Notes under the pieces: model-generated
What the model saw: only the letters and a program-made list of their open reading frames with translations
Database searches by the model: none
What the model was told of the DNA's origin: nothing
Shown: positions 1 through 13,468 of the stretch, piece by piece
How the letters are laid out: the number at the start of each line of letters is the position of its first letter
How positions within the stretch are numbered: position 1 is the stretch's first letter
Translations under genes and position numbers: made by a program
Assembly (NCBI GenBank): GCA_002633005.1
Contig: NMRA01000037.1
Coordinates: 716,703-780,702, forward strand
Length of the DNA: 64,000 nucleotides
DNA from: Phoronis australis
Lineage: Eukaryota; Animalia; Phoronida
Direction: 5' to 3'

Positions 1-1992
1 AGTGTAAAGTCAACTACTGTGCCCTTCCTACAAACAACTAGAGGTATTTCAAACGAGAGCAATGTCTTTAGAATGTCCTTAAACTGAGAGTGGACTATTT
101 TAAATATTCTTATCCTTGTTTCTCCGATAATTTATTGTTCTCTTCTCCATGTATTTTTATAATAGACTGAGCTGGTGTTTTTTTATTTAACGACAAACAT
201 TCTTTTTGTCAAGTTATAGTTGATTGATCGAAATATTTTTTGTTAAATCATAAGAACACAATTAAAGGTTTAACGTATTAGACTGTCGTGTATGTTTGAA
301 TCTCGTTCTTGAGCACTCACTTACCCAATAGAATTCACATGAACAGTTTGAACGCCTTTCACATTTCTGAACAGTTTCTCGATTTCATTAACGACCAACG
401 ACTCGACCATTTTGTAAACGACGCTTAAGTTAAACGCCATCTCTGGTTTGTAAGGGATGTTCACTAACTTCAAAGACGAGCGAATAGTAGTCACTGGAAC
501 AGGAGTACTTATGTCAAACCGAAGCGGTAAATTTTACATGCTGAACCATGCACGCACCCAGCCTAAAATTGAGGGAGCTCGAAAATTCATGGGATACGTT
601 CAGAGCTATAAATTGTGCATTCGCCGAATTTTAGTAGTTCCTGCCTTTTTAGCGGACTCTTGTTTCGTTTTCTACTTTTTTCGGGGTCTTTATTTCTCTG
701 ATCAGGCGAATCTTTTTGTCCACTTCTCCAAACCGAGCCCCCCTGGGTGCGTGCATGTGAATTATTAGCACAGCAGATAATTCAACTTACAATCATTCAC
801 TGGATGAAACAAACACGAAATTTGGATGAGTAGCAGTTCGGGAAAGAGGTGCCAACCAGTCGAAATTCAAATGTGGTAACGAGTTTCTCAAATTATCAAG
901 ACAACAAAAATGCACTTAACATGACGTCTGTGCCGACGTTTTGGGGAAAATGACATTAGTCATTTCAGTTTGGGTGTGAAGACGTATTGTTTTTTTGACA
1001 AAAGCAGCAAAAATACTAACTTATGATTTCAACCTAAAACCCGTCTGTTACCTTGTAAATTCCTTATTCAGGCCGGAAGTGATTTTGGACTTGGAAGGAA
1101 CTGTCAGTTTGATTTTGGTTGATTGCATTCTAAGTACATAAAATGACCCGCCGGGTCACTCAAGTCAAATCATTGAGTTTGAATAAAGTAAGATACAAAT
1201 TGAGATCAATTTTATCAGGATAATTGGTGGTCGAGGCTTTTTCGGAGGTCTCCGATATTCAGACTCTTTCGAAAAGTCGTCGGTATTCAGGCACGTTTCA
1301 TAAAGGAAACAAAGGTTACGGTTTGGTGAAACTTGGAGGAGGCTTGTTTGGCCTCCGTTTGCTTAAGATTTTTCTCAGTAAAATACTTTTGTCAGCTACT
1401 TAGAAACGTTCCAACAAAGATTGGAGAAAATTTAGGTGTCTCCGTTATACATGGTTATACTTTTTTCTAAAATTTCTTCTAATTATCCGTTTTTTCAGTC
1501 GCAGAACGATAACCTTGGAGAGAGACAACTTCGAAAAAGTTAGAAATAGAGTCACAAATCAAGGTCTTGGAAAAAGGTCAACAAATAGCATGCGCGCACC
1601 CAGCCTTCAATATGGGGGGGCTCGAAATCTTGCCGTTGTGGACCTTTTGGTAACAAAAAGGCGGGCGGACTAAAAAAAAGAAAAGAAAACGGGGGCACAA
1701 CTGTGAATTGCGCGTTTGTGCTTGTTTAGGGGAGTTTTGTCTCATTTTCTCGGACCTTTTGTTTCTCGGAGGCGGACCTTTTTGCCCACTTTGCCAAATG
1801 GGGGGCTCGTTCGAACTCCTCGAACTGAAATAGTTTTGCCAAAGTTTGTGACTTAGTGAGAAGAGCCCTAATTCATTTTGGTTCATTATCAATTTTTTAT
1901 TACTTAGCAACCATTCAGTTCTCAACATTCAAATGAAATTATGTCTTTCAATCTTAACTTACCATTTTTCTCGGCGAGCAGCGTCTTGTTTT
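1..1992 (-). CDS. Partial multi-exon gene encoding a SEA-domain protein (runs off the left edge; 5' part not resolved)
   Basis: Minus-strand exon 493-325 (ctcctgttccag| ... |gtaagt) reads (V)TTIRSSLKLVNIPYKPEMAFNLSVVYKMVESLVVNEIEKLFRNVKGVQTVHVNSI(G). It splices in phase to exon 27-1 (ttgtttgtag|), which reads KGTVVDFTL. This fits the SEA pattern (N..Y..EL...S..F..L...V...I..LF...G...V.V...GSVVVDF). A phase-compatible 30-nt exon at 1992-1963 (ttgacag| NKTLLAEKN |gtaagt) probably precedes it. Domain call is by eye. Confidence 0.6.
547..757. mobile_element. MITE with 15-bp perfect TIR CATGCACGCACCCAG
   Basis: 547-561 catgcacgcacccag and 743-757 ctgggtgcgtgcatg are exact reverse complements. Flanks tgaac/tgaat form an imperfect 5-bp TSD. 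Related termini occur at ~1589, ~12679 and ~15232. Confidence 0.75.
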
Positions 1993-4900
1993 CTGTCAAA
2001 GTAACCGAAAGGAGACATGGATTATACGTGACAGGATAAACAAAGTGTATAAACGCCCTCAGTAACCATACACAGTGACCACATCAAAATTTTGGAAATG
2101 TAAACTTATACGTTTCTTCTAGTGGTGCTAAGAACATGCTTGTTTAACTAGTAGTTACAAACTAAAACGTATGCATTTTGTCGCATCTATTTGCACACCT
2201 CAGTTTGCACAAGAATGATACATTGTCTCTGCCTTGTATGACGTCACAATGCGAACACATTCACAACTGCTGAATTGGATGGTGCTACAACTAGTGATGC
2301 GCATTATTATTTTCAGGTGATAAGTTGGTTTCAAATATATATGTGGAATGCGTGATATCTCTCACATGTACCTGAATAACACTCAGTGCCTCACTGAACT
2401 TATTTTTACCGATTTCCTGTGGGCTTATTTTTGTTTTTAAGTTATCGCTCGTTGATGATCTCCACCAAGCTTTATGAAGACCTGTATACATCAGCGAACT
2501 TTCAGATTTCTGGTGAAATCGACACATTACAGGTTTTTCGTCACAATTTATGGAGAGCATGATATCTTACAGGATGTTAAAGATACTCCAAATATAGAGC
2601 ATGTTGATCACATCATAACTCTCTGACACGTCCATTGAGTGACCCCTGTAAAACTCTGTGTAATTGGTAGGCCTGCCTTCGGATTGACGTCTAATAAATT
2701 GCTATTTTTGTGAAGTTCGGGATAAGTGTTCGTATGGGTATTAGTATAGTGACGTCACACCACCGGGTGACGCATCGAGTAAAGCGTGAAATGTCTTCAT
2801 AAATTTGTTACAATGCTTGACATAGCAGGAAACCTGTGTATGGGCTGTTGGGACATTTTGGCCTAAATAAATAATTTATCGCCTTTAAACAGCCTTTTTA
2901 CATTCCTGATCGCTAACGAGTTTATTAAGGTGACCTGCGCGCCTTACGCGAATTGTGGTAATTGCGCCTCAGCCGGTAAATCGGTGAACTAAATCAGGAA
3001 GTGACGTCATTTTTTCATCGAGACTCAAGTGCGGAAGGCTTTTATTTGTTGCAGTGTACTGTTGTGTTCTAATTTATAAGCTTTATAAAGGATTGTATTG
3101 TGAGTGGACGGTATTTCACACTTTCCGGAAGGATCCGCTAGTTCATGGTCCAAGAATGGTAGGCAAATATCCGGCAAGCGCGAAATTTCTCTATTATCTC
3201 AACTTTTGACAAAATGAAAAACCCTCACTCCAAATCTTTTTATGAGCTAGACTTCTTCCCAACGTCGGCATTCCTGTTGGCTAGGAAATCTTTTCAGACT
3301 TATATTTAATAGGTCGCGTGATGTGAAATGTTTGCGGTCCACGTCAGTTTAATATCTATATACTTGTATTTTGCTGCCTTTGTGTTCAATTTATTTCAGT
3401 ACTAGCTAGCAGAGAGCATTTGGTTGACATGACCCATGAGATCAAGCCCGTGATGACTGATGTAATTTGTCAACAATAAAATACTATAGAACATTCCATA
3501 AGATTCCAGCATATTAACAATCAATGTAGAACCGTGGTCTGGAAGATTCTAGAGTCTGGTCTATGTGTGCATGTAGAATGATTGGGTAGATTCCGGAAAA
3601 TTTTAGATTGTGCTTGAATAGTTGAAAAATTGTGAGAGACTATAAATACCCAGGCACAGGTTCCTGTGAGCAGCGATCGAAATACCCGGTGGCTCGGGGC
3701 CAGTGGATTTGCAGCCGGGCCACTGAGTACACATGTAGGCCCCATGTGGATGTGGTCTCACTCAAGTAACTGGCCCGGCGGGTCAGCACATTTATTTGCT
3801 GAAGCTCGAGCACTGACTGTGAATCAGTTGAAGTTGAGCTAGAGCTGAAGTTGAGATAAAGTTACAATTGCGTTGCAGCTACAGCATCACTGGTTACAGT
3901 GTTAGCCAGTAGAGGCGGTGGATTGTTGAATCAACGAGTGTAGCTATTGCTGTAAGTCATTGTCTCAGAAGTTCAGATCAAGTCAAGGCTTCGCAGCAGT
4001 GGCTGGAGCATAGAACAAACATTACGCAGGCCGTTTTGGTGGAGTAGATTTGTGAACGTACGGTGGACATGGGTAAAGGGATTAACCCGAACCAACCAGC
4101 CATCAGTATGTCATTGCAACGATAGCGATTAGCACCAGTCAGTGACAGCCTGCTCCCGGCACCCACCAACGGGGTAAAACGTAACAAACAGATTAAGATA
4201 AAGGCTTTTTACAAAAGTGTGTTGCCACATTGATTATTATTCACCTCGAAATAAAAGCAGGTCTCGTGCATATCCTCTATAGCCTTGCCCGTCGAAATCC
4301 AGCATGAGGCATTGGCGGCGCGGCACCGACTAAGTGAGGGCTGTGGGTCCCCTAGTCCACTAATGGTACACTTGCATGGCTGCGTTCCGTATACCCCAAA
4401 CAATCACTAAAAACGTTAGACTTAAAATCACGAAACAGTGAATTGCATCTCGATATCAAGATCACAGACCAAACGCTTCAGTGACTGCCGTTTTGCATGA
4501 TTAGGCTAGTAATGTCTCAAACACACTTGCAAACACTAATGTGATTTTGTGTGGACTTGCGTGATCGCACTTTTCACGCACGAAACTTGGTCGGGAACGC
4601 TGCGCAAATGGCACCGTGGAATTGAGACACACTGAGTACACGTGCTATTTATCTCGCGACGATTGCCACGTTTCTTTTCCCATAACCTCCTCAAATGAAA
4701 TTGCTGTTCATTTTACATCCAGCATTGCTATTGTTTTTGTTTTCATCGCTGAAGAATTCACAGTAAACGGTCCCATTGTATTTAACCTGGTTTTATCTTC
4801 AAGCGAACGCACCTGTTTTGTCTGCAATCACAAGCAATGGTATTGCCGCCCTGAAAATAAAATATATGTAATACTTGCAGAGGTACAAATGTTGTCAGTG

Positions 4901-7900
4901 TGGTAAGTGAACATGTTCATGGTGATGACTGCATCCCATTGTTTCTAAGATCTAGCGAAGTAGATTGCTGTCAGTGGAATGGGGGAAACGAGTGGAATAA
5001 CAGTGGAGGTGGAGCTCTGAGACAGTTCAACCCAACCGTGGCATACACTTAAGAGGAACACATGAAAATGAGGATTCCCAGTCTCCTCCAGCCTCCCCAT
5101 CTCCAAAATTCAAGTTTGTGATTTAATGTCTATTTGTGCGTGCGTGTGTGCATATCTGTTGTCGGTTCTATTGGTTGTCTCGGTTACAGGAGCTTAACCA
5201 AGTGCCTGTTACATTGGCAGACAGATACGACAGCACAGTCCAATGTCAGTTCATTTAAGTAGAAAGAAGACCAGGCAAGCGTTTGTTTTAAGTCAATTGA
5301 ACTGAAACAAGAATTAGAGGGTTTATTATTAGGGTTTGACTAGTGGTCTAGTGCTAAACAAGCAACAGATTTACAATTAGAATACAAGTGGAACATAATT
5401 TGACCCACATTTTTTCAATTCAAACCGGAAAAATAGGGCGTGCTCCTTTCAAAACGAAATAGATCGATTCACGTATTCCGTTGGCAACATTTACCTAGCG
5501 ACAAGTGTGTATTTTCGACAACAAACCTGGCGTGGTTGCCCACCGTAAATTAGGTTGGCATCAGTACGGTTTGTGTGCTAGCGATTTGGTTGTTGGATCC
5601 TGCTCTATGCCTCAATGATTGTGACATTCGATTAGAACTAATTCGAATACGACATGGGGTCAAGGAGCATGCATAAACGCCATTTTAAAATGATCGCTTG
5701 TTGTGGATTTTTACGTGGCAGTATCAAACGTCATTGGGAATGTGAATGTTTGTGATAGTCGAATGAACAGGGCAGAGGTCGGTTACTTTACAGTCAGGAC
5801 ACGTTTTATTACATTGATTCTGAAACATTGCCGAAATGCCTTCGAAAACATTTGGTTGAAAAAAATTCTCAAGGACAGACACCAACTACAAGAACTGTTG
5901 GCTTCACTATGGTCGAGTGTCTCAGAAAATGTGAGTGGAATGTTCCAAACGTTCAAGTAGATTTTAGGCATCCCACATCTGTTAGATAAAGTTTAAGACA
6001 AATCCAAAGAAGTGGCATCTCTGTGTACTCACTTGACGTAATACACGGGTTTCCCTGGCACCTTGTTATCGATTTTTACCCATTCAATCCTGTGGGCTGC
6101 GACTCCTGTAACAGTCACAAGAACGCGTTCACGGCAACACGTACACTTGCACGACTGGATACGAAAATGTTGTATCGGCGGTTGTTGATGACAAGGACAG
6201 GCGTTTCAAAGCCCGCCCTATAGACTGAAACTCGAGCATTTATGTCACAACGCTTCTAGATAGTGTTGCTATTGAACTTACCGGTACAGTGCAACAAGAC
6301 GGGAGGTTTTTGGCGCATTCACCGTCCTGTTGTACAGTGGCTGGGGGAGGGGAGTGTTCAAGGTTCGATTATACGCTGAGGCTGATATCAGAAAATTACT
6401 TTTCTCGCCATTAGTACCCTTTAAAAGAGAAGATAACTAGCAGCACGCAGAAGTCCTACTTACCAACTTCGTGGTTGCAGTAACTCAACCAGATTATACA
6501 GATAACAGCGAAGTTCAACATTATACATTTAAAAAATCTTTTCAACAGCAATGATGTGGTGATGACATAAAATGAAACGCAAATGTAAAGAATCTGTCGT
6601 TTGTGACGTAACGCTCTCTTTTTTTGCATCCTCATACTTGAAAGTAAATAAAAATCTGTTTAAAATACATGTTAACTGGTATAACACAACATTGAAAATA
6701 AAGAAAACTGCATTAGTAAATGTCAGTATTGAATATGAAAAACATGCAACAATTAGTTTGAAATGACATGTTTCGAGACCTGATGAAGTTGACAATGCAG
6801 AAGATGGTAAAATATTTATTAAAAGACACAATCTTTCGACCCTAATTGGTGCGTCGCTTCATCAGGTATTGATAAAAAATGGCGCGAAAGGCTTTCTTGT
6901 ATCAAACTGTTCAAATCTACAAAGAGAGAAATTGAAAAATGGAAAGGAAGTGGGAATGGCTAGTGTGGCCCATGTCGCCGTTCTTGTTGGTGTTGAAGAA
7001 CAAAATCATTGAGATTTCTATAATTCTCCATGGTGTGTGTGTTGATAAGATCCTCAATAAACATAAAGCAAAAATCGAACATCTAACTACAACTTACTTG
7101 TGTAAGCAATCAGATTAGGTTCAGTAGCAAAACTTCATCAGGAGCAGTAACACCAGTAGCAGTTATGGCGATTTTGCATGCGTTTGTCGTGTCGGACAGT
7201 TTTGTTTGCGCCACACGGTCCTCAGCCATGCAGTGTACACTGTGACTGCTTTTGCGAACAGCACGGTCTAGATTTCCCAAAGTTTTTGCGCGTTGAAATT
7301 TCGCTTAAAACTTGTCCGCCAGACTGACTTTGTAATTTATTTTACTTTCATATTTTTCTACCGTTTATCGTCACACTTTATGAATTTACGTACATAGGTG
7401 TGGCTGTAGCAATACGGCCTTCCTTTGTTTTGGACAAACATTCTGCAGCGCAAGTGCGTCTCCTAAGTAAGGCTTTCGAATTGGTTGAAAATTCCGGTAA
7501 GGTGACTTCACGTGTATTTGTGTGTTCAGATTGGACGAGAAAGTGCACGTTGGCGCATTTTATGGGAACGTTGCCTTTTTGAAGGCCTTGACTTGTTTAT
7601 TTACTATAAAAGATATCATGAACATTTTCAGCCGATTTCTAAAAAAATGATGAATAAAAATATCGGTTCGTCAAACGGGGAAGTGGCGACACACTTTGAG
7701 AAAATTCGAAAACGTCAACCGGCTGGTACTATGCGTTCGGTAGCTACAAGGTGTACAATTGCGACAAAAGCTATCTTCTTCATTTTTATGACTTCCAGTG
7801 ATTCGCGAGACTTGGATGACTTGCATATTCGCGAGTTAATTGCGACCTCAGAACACAACTTGGTCCGCGTTAAGCAAAATTCCCTCGTGTTTACTTCCTC

Positions 7901-8333
7901 ACAGCGTCGCTTTTCCGCTTTTGATATTTCGTTGCACTTGCTGGACTTCGACGGTTTCGCAGGATCAACTACAATCTTTCACAGTGCTACGAAAGGTAGC
8001 ACTGTTGAATGTTGATTATCTTGGCTACTCATTGCTTAAAGTAATGAAATCGACGTCATAACATTCAGTCATTCCTATTAGTTGAAATCTGGGAAACCCT
8101 TTCTCTGTTTAGTGTTACGTATAGTATGGCGACCACATTTGACTTGAATAGTTGCAATTTATTAAAACGGGCAGTTATCAAAGTAAACAAAACCAAGAGA
8201 ACCCCGATCCCGTGGCTGAGTCCAAACAAGTACAGTACATAGAAGGCGTGTGCTAGTGGTAGTCATGTGATCGATAAACTTCAGACCAAGCATGCGCATA
8301 GATTCCCACACACGGAATTCCGTGTGTCGGTCA

Positions 8334-8991
8334 GGAGGCACGTCTGAACAGTTCTCATAGGGATTTGCCTATCAGAACACACGTCAATGTACTCTTCACC
8401 CTTTCTTTACTCTGTCAAAAACTGCATGCAAATAAAGAAAAGTTTTGAGTCATTTCACATCACAAGCCCTACAGATGAGCACAGAAACTTTGTACTCTCT
8501 TGTATTTTTTACCCTTTCACTCCCACTGGAAACCAAGCTGAGCTAAGAAAAATAAGGACAAAAAATGCAAAATCGGCTCTTTTCACCCTAAAATCACTAC
8601 TCTACCCTGCCGATGCTCGACTAAAGCCAACATTAGATTCCGAAAGCAAATTTCCTACCGATTCCAAAAATGTGGTACAAAAGTACTGTCAACCAACTAG
8701 TTTTTTTGCAAATCTGGCTTGTTTGAGGGCTACCGGAAATCGCGGCCAATTTCTCAGTTGCTACACAGCAATGCACAATTGCAACAGGGGGCCACCATCT
8801 TGAAGAAGAGTTCAGCTACAGCCGAGAAAGTGGCCTTTTTTCATTCTCACCAAATACAAACAAACCACATTCACTGAGCCTACGTGCAACGCCCACCTAC
8901 AAAATGCCCCCCGAAACTTGGCCTACCCCAAAATTTTAATATTTTGGAGTGCAAATTGGCCGCGGCCGCAGCCTAACTATTCAGTGCCACC
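8334..8991. mobile_element. 658-bp non-autonomous DNA transposon (PIF/Harbinger-like MITE), copy 1
   Basis: Highly similar to 40723-41380. Termini GGAGGCAC..TGAA / TTCAGTGCCACC; 3-bp TSD TCA at 8331-8333 and 8992-8994. Confidence 0.85.
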
Positions 8992-9906
8992 TCATCATGT
9001 TTCCACAAGAACACTTTTCATAGGTGGCGCTGTGTCAGAGGGTAAGGATTAATCGACATCTGGTTGTTTTTAAAGACGAAAGTCCTCACCAAGAACCAAT
9101 CTGATGTCTTAGCCCGTTCACGCGGCGGAACCAGCAACGTTAATCAAGTGTTACCATTGTGGATGGTGTGTATTTATGATTAGCTGCAAGACGGATTCGA
9201 GCCCACTACTTGTACCCGTTCACTGCCCAGAACTGAAAGCCAAGCGTATTTAACTGAACAAAGGTCACCGGCTTCGATGTCATTCAATTTCATATCGTGT
9301 GAATCCAACGTCGGTAATCGACGATTTCTAATCAAAAATCGCAAAAACAACAGATTGTGATGTTCTACACTAGAAACTCAGGTCATACTCAGCTTAATAA
9401 TTTCAAGAAGTCAATTCAACTATAATCCCCAAAAGTGTGATTTTTTGTCGTAAAACCGATTGAATTCCCTTTTCCATTGTTTGCCCAACAAAATGGACAT
9501 TTATCAGGGAGTGTCACAGAAGTTCCCGAACAAAAACCTAGCCCATTCGGAACATCTCAGATATTTTCGTAGCCTGAAATTAACCCTCGTAGATGTTCCA
9601 TATCTGCGCATGTGCAGACTTTCATCACAACAGCAAGTCGTGTGACTCTCAGTCGAATGCGTTGCGATTCCGCTGTCAAGAAAGGTTTAAACAGGATTTA
9701 ATGGTACATCAGGAAGTAAACTAAGAGTTCGGATTGCCCGTCGGGTGCGTTTTGAGACTTACTTGAAAAAAGCCATGATTTTAGCCGTCCCTGCACTAAA
9801 CCCATTTGCTTTAATGATGTTCGCACACGCGCAACTATGAAACACCTCCGAGGAATGATTTGAGTCAACGGAAATATCCGAGTTCTCGGTGTTCCGATGG
9901 CACGTA

Positions 9907-10327
9907 CACTCTTTCACAGTACTACGAGAGGTAGCACTGTGGGATTGTTGGTTAACATGACTTCTCATTGGTTAAAGTAATGAAACCGACGTCATAACAT
10001 TCAGTCGTTCCCATTGGTTGAAATCTGGCGAACCCCTTTCAGTTTACTGTTACGTCTTTGATTTGAATAGTTGCAATTTGTTAAAACGGCAGTGATTAAA
10101 GTAAACAAAATCAAGGGAACCCCGATCCAATGGTTTAAGTCCAAACAAGTACAGCGCATACACGAAAAGGCGTGTGTAAGTGGTGACGATGTGATCGGTA
10201 TACTTCCGACCAAGGCATGCGCACTGATGCCCGTGTGTCGTTCGTTATCATGTCTTTCCACATACCCTGAGAAGTCATGTTAAACAAAATTCCACAGTGC
10301 TACCTTTCGTACCACAGAAAAAGAGTG
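9907..10327. mobile_element. MITE with imperfect ~38-bp TIRs and TA flanks; truncated paralog at ~7975-8333
   Basis: Left end ta-cactctttcacagtactacgagaggtagcactgtgg; right end ccacagtgctacctttcgtaccacagaaaaagagtg-ta. The interior aligns with ~7975-8330. Confidence 0.65.
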
Positions 10328-10925
10328 TAGTTTCCACAAGGCCACATTTCAATATGCATGTTGGTGGCGCTGTGCCAGAGGGTAGGTTGCACGCGGCCAC
10401 CGCGCAGTTTCTCGGAAGTAACGTACGCATAAACATCAGATTAATGCTTCATTTTGAGGTATTTTAGCTCGACTCATGTACAAAAAGTGCCAAAACACAC
10501 GTATGCGCCCTTAGCTGTATTTACTTTAAAAATTCAAAATGAACTAAAGCCATTTCTTTTCAAAAACCTAGTGTTTCGTTTACATTAATTCGTTGTGAAA
10601 TCCTAACCTAGATTCGTCTTTTGATATCTCAGCAATTCAAAGGACACCCGTCTATCACGTAATTAGCCTGTGGCCACTTGAAGTCACGTGACGACAGAAC
10701 TTTTTAAATGCGTTGTTGAACAGTTTTGAATAAGATCTTAAAGAAAGTTATGAAAATTGAATATAGTTATGGCGATTTTTTGCGACAACGCTTGGGGACG
10801 ACAGATGGCATAAGAGTATGCCGCATTGAATCACCACTTCATTTCACGTGGAAAAAAGACGTAAGCAAACATACTTGGAACACATTATCATCGCTCAGTC
10901 TTTGATTAACGTAATTGGTGGCAGA

Positions 10926-12703
10926 ACTCAGTTTGATTATAAGTTGTGTACACTCTTTAGTATGGTGAATTCTATTTGATTAAATAATTGGCACGTTTTA
11001 AAAGCAAATGAGTGTTTAATTCTGCACGTAGACTTTCTGTTTACGATAGTTTCACAGTGGCTGTCACCATGGCCACTGTTTATTTCTTGTTTACTTAACT
11101 TTACAAGAAAGAAAGAAAAATCAAATTAAATGTGGAATCGTTTCAATCCAAATCGCCGGCTATGTTTACACTGCTAATGGTCTATAGTAGACAACATAAA
11201 CGTAAATAAAGAGTGTAAACTTGGTTCCATTTGATTGCGCGCACTCATTTTCCGAAAGTCGTCTTAGAAATGGAACCTTATCAACAAAAATCAATTACTT
11301 TTTCGGAAATTCGAATTTCAAAAAATGGTGCTACCATTCAACCTTCTGTAATATTTTACATTTGCGACAATGAACGAATTTTTTGTAAACAATATCGTGA
11401 CATTCCTATAAACTGTATTTTCCCATGTCTAGACCACTGATCTTTTCCTGAGCAGTTTTGCATATATGTGCCAGGAGAAATGGGGTCGCACGGGTTGTCT
11501 TTTCTTCAGAAGGTTCAGTTCCACTAGGAACAAGACAGAGTCAACTAAGCGTTGTTTCGCAGTATTTACTGAAAAACTGGGTTTGATGATATTTGCAATA
11601 CGGTTTTAAAAGATGAGGTTCTTGTTCTGTCTTTATAAAGTCGTTTGCTTTTCAATGAAAATTTTCGTACATGACGATACCTCAAAGAATTTAAAATGAC
11701 GCCAAATTACGCATTTCATATTAACAGTACATATGAATTGTAGATAACCCTAAACAGAATTTATTTTGCTGTGTAACTGCACAGCTTATTTCAATATTGG
11801 TCGCTTGTATGCATGCACACGCAAAGTGGGATCTTCCGCCATGATAGCGGGCTGTCAATCACACAGCTTATGATAAGAGAGAGCAGGTATTGGGGAATAT
11901 CGACGAAATTATTGGTTTCGTAACCGTTACGTAAGCTGTGTGCAGCTTTGTTTAGTGTGTCTCCTTATCAACATCAAGTCGTACCCGTTATGTCTCGTCG
12001 CCTGCACCCAGCGTTGCTATGACGTCATTATCAATGAGTCGACAAATTGTTCTGGATGATAAAAGTATTACAGGTGTTAAATGAATACACAAAATTTTGA
12101 TAACCAGTTTTTGATTAGCCTGTTTAAACCAATATGAAAATACGTGGCATTCCAATTTCTATAAATATACCTTGAGAAAGTGACAACTTTATGGTGCGAT
12201 AAGATACGTTTATCAATTTTACCGACTCGTTTAAGTGTTCAGTTGTCAAATGAAGACGACCTTCCGTTTCGTATCGCCAGTTCAATAGGTGCACTTTGAT
12301 CAGCTTTATACACCGCCTTTGTTCATATGTAACTGCTTTGTTGTTTTTGTTTTTATTGTTGATTTGTTGTTGTTGCTGTTGTTTCTGTTGTCGTTGTTCA
12401 AAAAGGTGACACAACACTGTGCGATGTTTTAGTGCACGCCCGTCGCTACAGCTGATTAGTATTCACGTTTTTATATGAGGCCGTCGTTACAATAGTTTTT
12501 TGCATTTCCTCGTCTTTTTCCCACAGGTAAAATATATTGATACGAGTAACATAAAAATCCATATGTTAACAAAACGGTTTGTCTTTTCAACTACAAATAA
12601 TAATCCTGGTCAGTTTGAAAAAAAGGTTATTCAGGACCTTGTTGACCATTCTGCGTTGTTAGCCAAATATCTACAAAGCATGCGCGCACCCGGGGGGGGG
12701 GGG
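10926..12703 (+). repeat. Copy 1 of ~1.8-kb direct near-duplicate flanking an assembly gap
   Basis: Starts actcagtttgattataagttgtgtacac and is collinear with 13469-15255, with scattered SNPs and indels. Ends in a poly-G run at the N gap. Confidence 0.95.
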
Positions 12704-13468
12704 NNNNNNNNNNNNNNNNNNNNNNNNNNNNNNNNNNNNNNNNNNNNNNNNNNNNNNNNNNNNNNNNNNNNNNNNNNNNNNNNNNNNNNNNNNNNNNNNN
12801 NNNNNNNNNNNNNNNNNNNNNNNNNNNNNNNNNNNNNNNNNNNNNNNNNNNNNNNNNNNNNNNNNNNNNNNNNNNNNNNNNNNNNNNNNNNNNNNNNNNN
12901 NNNNNNNNNNNNNNNNNNNNNNNNNNNNNNNNNNNNNNNNNNNNNNNNNNNNNNNNNNNNNNNNNNNNNNNNNNNNNNNNNNNNNNNNNNNNNNNNNNNN
13001 NNNNNNNNNNNNNNNNNNNNNNNNNNNNNNNNNNNNNNNNNNNNNNNNNNNNNNNNNNNNNNNNNNNNNNNNNNNNNNNNNNNNNNNNNNNNNNNNNNNN
13101 NNNNNNNNNNNNNNNNNNNNNNNNNNNNNNNNNNNNNNNNNNNNNNNNNNNNNNNNNNNNNNNNNNNNNNNNNNNNNNNNNNNNNNNNNNNNNNNNNNNN
13201 NNNNNNNNNNNNNNNNNNNNNNNNNNNNNNNNNNNNNNNNNNNNNNNNNNNNNNNNNNNNNNNNNNNNNNNNNNNNNNNNNNNNNNNNNNNNNNNNNNNN
13301 NNNNNNNNNNNNNNNNNNNNNNNNNNNNNNNNNNNNNNNNNNNNNNNNNNNNNNNNNNNNNNNNNNNNNNNNNNNNNNNNNNNNNNNNNNNNNNNNNNNN
13401 NNNNNNNNNNNNNNNNNNNNNNNNNNNNNNNNNNNNNNNNNNNNNNNNNNNNNNNNNNNNNNNNNNNN
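12704..13468. other. Assembly gap (N run)
   Basis: Continuous n characters. Confidence 1.

Noticed and set aside
7512-8015. 167-aa + strand ORF
   Set aside because: No recognisable motif, non-ATG start, and it runs into a repeat; likely chance.
8387-8803. Similar ORFs at 8387-8803 and 41056-41328 suggesting duplicated genes
   Set aside because: Both lie within two copies of the same non-coding MITE, and the frames are not conserved throughout.
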